Source: Opitutales bacterium
Lineage (GTDB): Bacteria; Verrucomicrobiota; Verrucomicrobiia; Opitutales; UBA953
DNA length: 26,347 bases
Reading direction: 5' to 3'
Assembly: GCA_044340815.1 (NCBI GenBank)
Contig: JBIISU010000001.1
Span: 1-26,347 of the forward strand
Shown: one piece after another, positions 1 through 6,507 of the stretch
Position numbering within the stretch: position 1 is the first letter of the stretch
Layout of the letters: every line of letters starts with the position of its first letter
Program-made: the position numbers and the translations under genes
Notes under the pieces: model-generated
Seen by the model: only the letters and a program-made list of their open reading frames with translations
What the model was told of the DNA's origin: nothing
The model's database searches: none

Positions 1-1
1 C

Positions 2-223
2 GCGGCCTTCCTGCTCGGCGACGAGATCATCGTCAAGTGCGTCGGCATCGACGACAAGGGCCGCGTGCGCCTCTCGCGCCGCGCCGCCATCGCCGAGAAG
101 GAAGGCCGCGAATACACGCCCGCCCCGAAGCCGATGGATCGCCCCCGCGGCGACCGTCCGGAGCGCGGCGAGCGCCGTCCCTTCCGCGAACGCGGCGGCG
201 ACAGCGAAGGCGGCCAGGGCTAA
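2..223 (+). CDS. pnp: Polyribonucleotide nucleotidyltransferase, 3' end only (S1 domain end plus Arg/Gly-rich tail); truncated by the window edge
   Basis: Manual translation from base 2 gives AAFLLGDEIIVKCVGIDDKGRVRLSRRAA...GGQG*. This matches the PNPase S1 C-terminal pattern (GD.v.VK...iD..GRv.LSR+A). TAA at 221-223. Confidence 0.85.
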   Translation, partial: AAFLLGDEIIVKCVGIDDKGRVRLSRRAAIAEKEGREYTPAPKPMDRPRGDRPERGERRPFRERGGDSEGGQG

Positions 224-243
224 GCGCCTTCAGGCCTCCGACG

Positions 244-270
244 AGCCCCGGCCTCGGCCGGGGCTTTTTT
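244..270 (+). terminator. Rho-independent terminator after pnp
   Basis: 9-bp stem AGCCCCGGC/GCCGGGGCT with a CTCG loop, followed by a T6 run (265-270), about 20 nt after the pnp stop. Confidence 0.9.
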
Positions 271-288
271 GTGCCCACCGACGGCGGC

Positions 289-1176
289 TTACTTCGCGGG
301 CTTTTCGGCCGCCGTCACGCGTTCGAACCACGCCCGCGCGGCCGCGGACGCCGGCCCGTCGCGCAGCGGCCAGCGGTCGTTGTGCGGGTGCTTGACGACG
401 GCGTTGGGGAATGGCCCGTAGAGCGCCGCCATGTCGACCGTCAGGTAGTCGACGTTTCGCGGGACGATGGGCGCGACGAAGGCCCGGGTCTGCTCGCCGG
501 GTTGGCCTTGGCTGATGAGGACGGGCCGGCCCTGCAGGCGACGGAGCCGCCCGGCGGCTTCCTCGCGGTAGCGGGCCAGCGGGGCGCCCCAGGGCGCGCT
601 CCAGGCCTGCACGCCGTCGAAATGGTCGTGGGCCCAGAAGCCGCACCAGAGCCCGGCGACCTCGTCGTCGTGCAGGCCGAGGAACGAGACGCCGATGGCG
701 CCGCGCGAGAAGCCGCAGAGCACGACCCGCCGGGCGTCTCCGCCGAATTCGGCGCAGATCCGGGGAAGGTTGGTCTTGGCGTATGCCACCGTGGCGTCGA
801 GGTCGCCCCACCAAGTGATTTCGTTCTTCCGCCGGTCCTTCGCGACGTAGGGTAGGACGATCCAGAGGGCCCGCCCGCGGGCGACGCCGTAGCCGAGCGC
901 GGCGCCCTCGACCTCGCCCGTGGAACCCGACTCCGCATGGCGGTTGCCGGTGTATTCGGCGACGACCGGCCAGGACTTGCCGCGAGCCTTCCAATCCGGC
1001 GTCCAGTCGTCGGGCAGGGCGAGCACGTGGTGCACCCGGGTGCCGACGTATTCCGGGGGCGTGACCGCGACGCGCCGACCGGCCGCCGGCGGGCCCTCGA
1101 CCAGCGGCGGCAAGGGTAGGTCGGCGGCCGCGGCCAGCCCGACGGTCGCGAGGGCGAGGAAGGGGCCGGGGCGCAT
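289..1176 (-). CDS. Secreted alpha/beta-hydrolase-fold protein (putative esterase), 295 aa
   Basis: N-terminal hydrophobic signal peptide (FLALATVGLAAAA); nucleophile elbow G-F-S-R-G after the strand VVLC; candidate catalytic His in HPHND near the C-terminus. Confidence 0.7.
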   Translation of the reverse strand: MRPGPFLALATVGLAAAADLPLPPLVEGPPAAGRRVAVTPPEYVGTRVHHVLALPDDWTPDWKARGKSWPVVAEYTGNRHAESGSTGEVEGAALGYGVARGRALWIVLPYVAKDRRKNEITWWGDLDATVAYAKTNLPRICAEFGGDARRVVLCGFSRGAIGVSFLGLHDDEVAGLWCGFWAHDHFDGVQAWSAPWGAPLARYREEAAGRLRRLQGRPVLISQGQPGEQTRAFVAPIVPRNVDYLTVDMAALYGPFPNAVVKHPHNDRWPLRDGPASAAARAWFERVTAAEKPAK

Positions 1177-1182
1177 GCCGCC

Positions 1183-1210
1183 AGTGTCGCGAGCGGCCCG
1201 TCGGAATCAA
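1183..1210 (-). promoter_or_regulatory. Putative sigma70-type promoter for a leaderless hydrolase mRNA
   Basis: On the minus strand: TTGATT (1210-1205), N16, GACACT (1188-1183), N6, ATG (1176). The -35 overlaps the ccoI stop codon. Confidence 0.45.
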
Positions 1211-3558
1211 GCCCGCCGCATCCGGAGGGTCACGTGGACCAGGGTCAGGATGGCGCTGGTCGGCATCATCACGGTCGCGACCAGCGGCGACATCGCGCCA
1301 GCGGCGGAAAGGCCGATGGCGACTAGGTTGTAGACGACGGTGAAGGCGAATACTTCGGTCAGCACGCGTCGGCGGTGGCGCGCCACGGCGAACAGGCGTC
1401 CCAGCCCGCGGAGGTCCCGCCCGAGGAGGTAGAAGTCGGCTTTCTGTTCGAGCAGTCCGAGGTCCACGATCGGCGTCCCGCGCAGCGTGGCTTCCGAGAA
1501 GGCCAGGGCGTCATTGGCGCCGTCGCCGAGCATGAGCGTCTTGGCGCCGTCGTGGCGTCGGATCCAGTCGGCCTTTTCCTCGGGGGAGAGTCCGCCCAGC
1601 CCTCCGGCCGCAGGCAAACCAAGCTGGCGCAGCAATGCGGCGACCTTCTCCGCACGGTCGCCCGACAAGATGAAGATGGCCACGCCGTCCGCACGCAGGC
1701 CGTCGACGACTTCCTGCGCATGGGCCCTGGCCTGCTCGGCGAAGAGGAACAGCGCCTGCCGCGTGCCGTTCCGGCAGAATTCGGCGGCCGACATCCCCGC
1801 CGGAGCCGGGGCGCTGCCTTGCCAGCCGGGCTTGCCGAGCGTCCAGACGACGCCGTGCGCGTCGGTGAACATCACGCCGGCCCCCGGTACGTTGCGCATG
1901 ACCCCGTCCAGCCGGGCCGGATCCTCCTTTTGGGCGAGCGCTTCGCGCAGGCTGCGCCCGAAGGGATGAAGGTTGTCATCGACGAGCGCGAACAGGGCGC
2001 GCCGGGCGTCGGCGGGCAGGGCGGACAGCTGCTCGGGATTGGCGAGACGCGGGCTTTCCAGCGTCAGCGTGCCGGTCTTGTCGAAGACCACCTGGCGCAC
2101 GCGCAGCGCGCGTTCCCAGACGCGGTGGTCGCGGAGGTAGACGCCGGCGCGACGCAAGGCGCCGACCGCGAGTTCGGTGGCCAGCGGGAAAGCCAGTCCG
2201 ATCGCGCAGGGGCAGGAGACGATGAGGATCGAGATGGCGGCTTGCAGGGCCTGCGGCCAGTCTCCCGTGAGCGCGCCGCGGAGCCCGAAGGCCAGCGCCG
2301 CCAGGCTGATGACGATTCCGAGATACCAGCTGAGGATCCGCTCCAGCTGCCGCGGCACGAAGGCGCCGTCGCCTCCGGCGTCGGTGAGCTTACGGAGCAT
2401 CGAATCACCCCAGGCTTCGGTCGCCTCGAGGCGCAAGGGAGTCTTGCCGATGTTCAACGCACCGGAGGGCACGAGCCGGCCGGCCGGATAGACGACCGGC
2501 TCGGATTCCCCGTTGATCCAGGCGAGGCTGACTTCCGCTTCCTGTCCGACCAGTCGTCCGCAGACGGGGGCGACCTGACCGCTCGCCACGGCGTAGATCT
2601 GGCCCGGACGCAGCGCTTCGGCGGGGAGTCGTCGGAGCGGAACGGCGCTGTCCGCATGCTCAAAGACGTCGACCGGCCGCAAGGTGGGGGAACTCGCCGG
2701 GAGCCGACGGCGGTTCTGTTCGATCGCCCGTTCCTGCGTCCATCGCCCTGCTAGCATCAGGAAGGTGAACAGGCACACGAAGTCCCAGTATTCCAAATTG
2801 GGCAGATTCAACGCCCAGCCGACGAAGGCCGCGAGGTAAGCGCTGATGAGGCCCAAGGCGATCGGCAGGTCCATGTGGAGTTTGCCCCGGCGGAGCGAGG
2901 CCCAGGCCCGGGTCGCGAAATAGCTGCCTCCGACCAGCATCGAGAGCGTCGCGAAGAAGACCGCGAGCAGACGGAACAGCCCGGCGAACTGCTCGTCCGC
3001 CTTCATGCCCAGATAGGCGGGCACGGAGTTGAGCATGGCGTTCATGGCGAACGCCGCGCACAGGCCGAGCCGGGTCGTCAGGCCGTCTTCCTCCCGATGG
3101 TCTTCGCCGTCGTCGGGGACGATCAGATAGCCGAAGCCGGCGAGGCGGCCGGCGGCTTGGGCGAGGTCCGCGCCGGCGCGCCATTCGAGACGCAGCGTGC
3201 CGCGGTGCGCGTTGACGCGGGCCGCGAGCACGCCGGGGGATTCGCCCAGCAGTTTCTCGATCAGCCAGACGCAGCCCACGCAGGAGAGTCCCCGCAGGGC
3301 CACGCGGAGGCTACGCTGACCCGCGGCGTCGCCGGCGGCCTGCGCTTCCCGGAGCCAGTCGAAATCACGGACGCCGAGGATCGTCTCGTTGATCGGGGCG
3401 ATGGCTTCGGCGCGCAGCTCGTAATATCGGCCGAGGCCGCAACCGACGATCAGCCCGTGGACTTGCTCGCAGCCCGCGCAGCAGAAGCCAGGCGGGGCCA
3501 GCCGACTGAGGACGGCGGAGCCGCAGTGCCGGCAGGCCGCGTAATCAGAGGCACACAT
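1207..3558 (-). CDS. ccoI: cbb3 oxidase maturation P1B-type (Cu) ATPase CcoI/FixI, 783 aa
   Basis: N-terminal CxxC...CCxGC domain, HMA-like CVGCVWLIEK, transmembrane SCPC, phosphorylation motif DKTGT, HP, GDGAND, YN and MxxxS membrane ligands; lies in the cco operon. Confidence 0.92.
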   Translation of the reverse strand: MCASDYAACRHCGSAVLSRLAPPGFCCAGCEQVHGLIVGCGLGRYYELRAEAIAPINETILGVRDFDWLREAQAAGDAAGQRSLRVALRGLSCVGCVWLIEKLLGESPGVLAARVNAHRGTLRLEWRAGADLAQAAGRLAGFGYLIVPDDGEDHREEDGLTTRLGLCAAFAMNAMLNSVPAYLGMKADEQFAGLFRLLAVFFATLSMLVGGSYFATRAWASLRRGKLHMDLPIALGLISAYLAAFVGWALNLPNLEYWDFVCLFTFLMLAGRWTQERAIEQNRRRLPASSPTLRPVDVFEHADSAVPLRRLPAEALRPGQIYAVASGQVAPVCGRLVGQEAEVSLAWINGESEPVVYPAGRLVPSGALNIGKTPLRLEATEAWGDSMLRKLTDAGGDGAFVPRQLERILSWYLGIVISLAALAFGLRGALTGDWPQALQAAISILIVSCPCAIGLAFPLATELAVGALRRAGVYLRDHRVWERALRVRQVVFDKTGTLTLESPRLANPEQLSALPADARRALFALVDDNLHPFGRSLREALAQKEDPARLDGVMRNVPGAGVMFTDAHGVVWTLGKPGWQGSAPAPAGMSAAEFCRNGTRQALFLFAEQARAHAQEVVDGLRADGVAIFILSGDRAEKVAALLRQLGLPAAGGLGGLSPEEKADWIRRHDGAKTLMLGDGANDALAFSEATLRGTPIVDLGLLEQKADFYLLGRDLRGLGRLFAVARHRRRVLTEVFAFTVVYNLVAIGLSAAGAMSPLVATVMMPTSAILTLVHVTLRMRRA

Positions 3559-4219
3559 TGCCGGGAGCGCTGAACCAGACCGTCTTCACGACGAGGGCGA
3601 AGGCGGCCGCCGCCGCGAGCCCTCGACGCAGGCGGATGCTCCGTGCTTCGCCGAGCCGGAGGGTGAGGCGATGATAGCCCATCTGGGCAGCCCAGAGGAG
3701 CGGGATGGTGCCGAGGGCGAAGCCGAAGCCGATTTCCGCACCGCGCAGGGCGTGGCCGCTCAGGAGCGCGAGCCCGAAGAGGGCGTGGAGCGGTCCGCAC
3801 GGCAGCAGCGGGCTGAGCGCTCCCAGCCAAGCCCCGGCGAACGCGGGACCGCGCCCTTGGGTCCGCTCCATCCAACGAGCGTGTCGGCGGCGGAGGAAAG
3901 CCGGTGCGGGAAAGCCCCGGTCGAGTCCGAGCGCCAACGCGACAAGGAAGACCACCATCGCCCACGGGAGGTAATCCATGAGCGGCAAGGCCATCCAGCG
4001 TCCGAACTTGGCGCCCAGCAGTCCGGCGAGCCCGCCGAGCGAAGCATAAGCAAGCGTCCGGGTGAGGTGATAGGCCGTCGTGAAGCCGATCCGTTGGTCG
4101 GCCGTCGCCCGCCAAGGCCCCAGGGCGCAGGTCAGCGGAGCGCACATCGCCCCGCAATGGGGCGAGACGGCCAGTCCGGCGAGGAAGGCGCCGGCGCCGG
4201 TCTCAACGAGCGGGAGCAT
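3545..4219 (-). CDS. DsbD_2 / TauE-SafE family membrane protein (cbb3 assembly accessory), 224 aa
   Basis: HCGAMC motif in the first TM region, LLPCG motif, several hydrophobic helices; usual neighbour of ccoG/ccoI; overlaps the ccoI start by 14 nt. Confidence 0.85.
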   Translation of the reverse strand: MLPLVETGAGAFLAGLAVSPHCGAMCAPLTCALGPWRATADQRIGFTTAYHLTRTLAYASLGGLAGLLGAKFGRWMALPLMDYLPWAMVVFLVALALGLDRGFPAPAFLRRRHARWMERTQGRGPAFAGAWLGALSPLLPCGPLHALFGLALLSGHALRGAEIGFGFALGTIPLLWAAQMGYHRLTLRLGEARSIRLRRGLAAAAAFALVVKTVWFSAPGNVCL

Positions 4220-4358
4220 GGGAGGGAGGAAGGTCGGCGGGCCCCATCGACTCGGGGGCGTGGCGGAGGGCGACGAGCAGCCAGCAGACCCAGACCGCGA
4301 CGAAGCCCAGGAAAAGGGCCGCGAGCGGAATCCAAGGGTGGCGGCGAAGGAGGCTCAT
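4203..4358 (-). CDS. Small single-TM membrane protein, 51 aa, at the ccoH/fixH position (not in the ORF track)
   Basis: Manual translation: MSLLRRHPWIPLAALFLGFVAVWVCWLLVALRHAPESMGPADLPPSHAPAR*. ATGA overlap with the ccoG stop, 17-nt overlap with the next start, one clear TM helix. Confidence 0.75.
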   Translation of the reverse strand: MSLLRRHPWIPLAALFLGFVAVWVCWLLVALRHAPESMGPADLPPSHAPAR

Positions 4359-5755
4359 CGGGCCGGGGTCGAAGGCGCGGGGCCGATGAAATGGGCTTTC
4401 TGGAGCACGGAGACCTTGCCGTCCTCGCTGCGGAGGCGGAGCGTGAAATTGAATTCTCCGCGGTAATCCCGGCGGTCGACGAGCAACGTGAGCGGCAGCG
4501 TGATTTCCGCCTGCGGCGCGATGACCAAGCCCGCCGACTGATTCAGCACGCTCACCTTCGTCGGCGACGCCTCGGCCTCGACGAAGAAGCGGCGGGGGAC
4601 GTCGTCCTTGTTCTGGATCTTGGCGCGGAAGACGTTGGCGACGGAGTCGGCGCTGACGGCGTAGAGTTCGGCCTGCGGCGGGCGGCTCAGTTTGAAGCCG
4701 GCGGGCTGGACGCGCAGCAACGAGACCGTGGCGACGATCAGGCCGACCGTCAGCAAGGCGGCGTAGAGGATCGTGCGGGGGCGGAGGAAGCGGGTGCGTC
4801 CGCCGGCCAGCTCCCGGAGCGACGCGTAACGTACCAGTCCCGTGGGCCGCCTGAGCTTGGTCATCACGTCATCGCAGGCGTCGACGCAGGCGGTGCAGGC
4901 GACGCACTCCATCTGGAGGCCTTGGCGGATGTCGATCCCGGTGGGACAGACCTGGACGCAACGACGGCAGTCGACGCAATCCCCCGCGTTGATCCCCGAC
5001 GCGCCCTTGCCGCGGGGTTCGCCGCGTTTCTCGTCATAGCCCACGATGACGGAGTCGTCGTCGATCAGGGCGGATTGCAGACGACCGTAAGGGCAGACGA
5101 TCAGGCAGAGTTGCTCGCGGAACCACCAGAAGTTGAAGAAAAGCACCCCGGTGGCCACGGCCATCGCGACGAAAGCCGCCGGATGCGCCTGCGGCGCGGC
5201 GGTGATCATCGGATACAGCCCCGGAATCGAGATGAAGTAGGCCAGGAAGATATGCGCGACGGCCCAGCAGAGCACCAGATAAGCCAGCGCGCGGCTCCCG
5301 CGACGCAGGAACTTGGCGGGCCGGCTCCAAGGCTCGGCGTCGAGTTTCCGGCGGCTGACGTGGTCGCCTTCGAACCAGCGGTCGACGACGCGGAAGACGT
5401 GCTCGAGGTAGACCGTCTGGGGGCAGGTCCATCCGCACCAGATGCGCCCGAGCAGGGCGGTGGTCGCGTAGATGAGGAAGCCCCAGCCGGTGATGACGAA
5501 GAACAGCAGCCAGACATCGCCCAGGCCGAGCGTCGCGCCGAGCAGGTGGAAGCGACGGTGTTCGACGTCCAGGAACACCGCGGGGAAACCGCCGACTTCG
5601 ATCCAAGGCAGCAGCGCGAAGAAGCCGATGAGCAACCAGGCCACGAACCGGCGGGCCCGCCACCATGGGCCTACGACGATGGAGGGTTGCAGGAACGGGC
5701 GGGTGCCGTCCTGCGCGATCGTCGTGACGCTTTCGCGGATGGGCGCGCGGCTCAT
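4355..5755 (-). CDS. ccoG: Cytochrome c oxidase accessory protein CcoG/FixG, 466 aa
   Basis: CGWTCPQ, CLIVCPYG and two 4Fe-4S motifs (CVDCRRCVQVCP, CVACTACVDAC); TM helices; C-terminal Ig-like region. Confidence 0.95.
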   Translation of the reverse strand: MSRAPIRESVTTIAQDGTRPFLQPSIVVGPWWRARRFVAWLLIGFFALLPWIEVGGFPAVFLDVEHRRFHLLGATLGLGDVWLLFFVITGWGFLIYATTALLGRIWCGWTCPQTVYLEHVFRVVDRWFEGDHVSRRKLDAEPWSRPAKFLRRGSRALAYLVLCWAVAHIFLAYFISIPGLYPMITAAPQAHPAAFVAMAVATGVLFFNFWWFREQLCLIVCPYGRLQSALIDDDSVIVGYDEKRGEPRGKGASGINAGDCVDCRRCVQVCPTGIDIRQGLQMECVACTACVDACDDVMTKLRRPTGLVRYASLRELAGGRTRFLRPRTILYAALLTVGLIVATVSLLRVQPAGFKLSRPPQAELYAVSADSVANVFRAKIQNKDDVPRRFFVEAEASPTKVSVLNQSAGLVIAPQAEITLPLTLLVDRRDYRGEFNFTLRLRSEDGKVSVLQKAHFIGPAPSTPAR

Positions 5756-6336
5756 GGCGTCAGCTGGGAGGGTTCCTGCGCACGCCCGATGGCTTTCATC
5801 CGGCCTTCTTGCTGGAAGGAGAGCAGGTAGGCCGTGACGGCCGCGATCCGTCCCGTCCCCAGCGCCTTCTGGGCGGCCATGCCGGTCGGTTTGCCTTCGT
5901 AGACGATGCCGTCGTTGATGTTGCGGAAGATGTCCATGCCCTTGTTGCCGTGGACCCAGAGATCATCGTTGAGGCGGAAGCCGACGCCCTTGATCCCCGC
6001 CAGGGTGGGCCCGTGGCAGCTGAAGCACAGCGAGGCATAGACCGCCTGCCCCTCGGCGACCGTCGTCGGGTTGCGGCTCATCTTCCAGAGCGTGGCTTCG
6101 TCGAGGTCCTTCACGGCGGCCAGCTGGCGGGCCTCGAGCGCGGCGAGCTCGGCGTCGAGGGCGACGCGGTCGTCCGACCCGACCCCCGAATGGAACCAGT
6201 AAGCCCAGTAACCGAAGGCGAACGCGATCGAGGCGAACAGCGTGCACAGCCACCAGTTGGGGAGGCTCTGGTCGTATTCCTGGATGCCGTCGTAGGCGTG
6301 CGGCATGATGACCGGCTGGTCGGCGTCTTTCTTCAT
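5752..6336 (-). CDS. ccoP: cbb3-type cytochrome c oxidase subunit III (short monohaem CcoP), 194 aa
   Basis: CcoP N-terminal signature HAYDGIQEYDQSLPNWW plus a TM helix; one CxxCH (CFSCH) and a distal Met (GM); ATGA overlaps at both ends. Confidence 0.92.
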   Translation of the reverse strand: MKKDADQPVIMPHAYDGIQEYDQSLPNWWLCTLFASIAFAFGYWAYWFHSGVGSDDRVALDAELAALEARQLAAVKDLDEATLWKMSRNPTTVAEGQAVYASLCFSCHGPTLAGIKGVGFRLNDDLWVHGNKGMDIFRNINDGIVYEGKPTGMAAQKALGTGRIAAVTAYLLSFQQEGRMKAIGRAQEPSQLTP

Positions 6337-6506
6337 GGGCGAGGGTCCCGTTCGTCGTGGAGGGGGAGTTCGGAGAGGCGCTTGACCTCGTCCTCGGGGG
6401 TGGTCAGCACCCGGGCCACGAGGATGACCAGGGCGATGCCGAGGAGGAGCAGCCCGGCGGTCTGCAGGTCGCGGAGAAGTTCCTCCCAGACGATGCGGCG
6501 GAACAT
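6333..6506 (-). CDS. ccoQ: CcoQ-like small subunit, 57 aa (not in the ORF track)
   Basis: Manual translation: MFRRIVWEELLRDLQTAGLLLLGIALVILVARVLTTPEDEVKRLSELPLHDERDPRP*. One TM helix and an LPLxD tail; located between ccoO and ccoP with ATGA coupling to ccoP. Confidence 0.8.
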   Translation of the reverse strand: MFRRIVWEELLRDLQTAGLLLLGIALVILVARVLTTPEDEVKRLSELPLHDERDPRP

Positions 6507-6507
6507 G

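Noticed and set aside
3671-5830. Long antisense ORFs (3671-5830, 1375-2754, 5809-7089, 7192-8694, 12846-14279, 22150-23529, 24617-26299 and similar)
   Set aside because: Shadow ORFs opposite well-supported genes, with no recognisable motifs; expected from GC3-biased codon usage.
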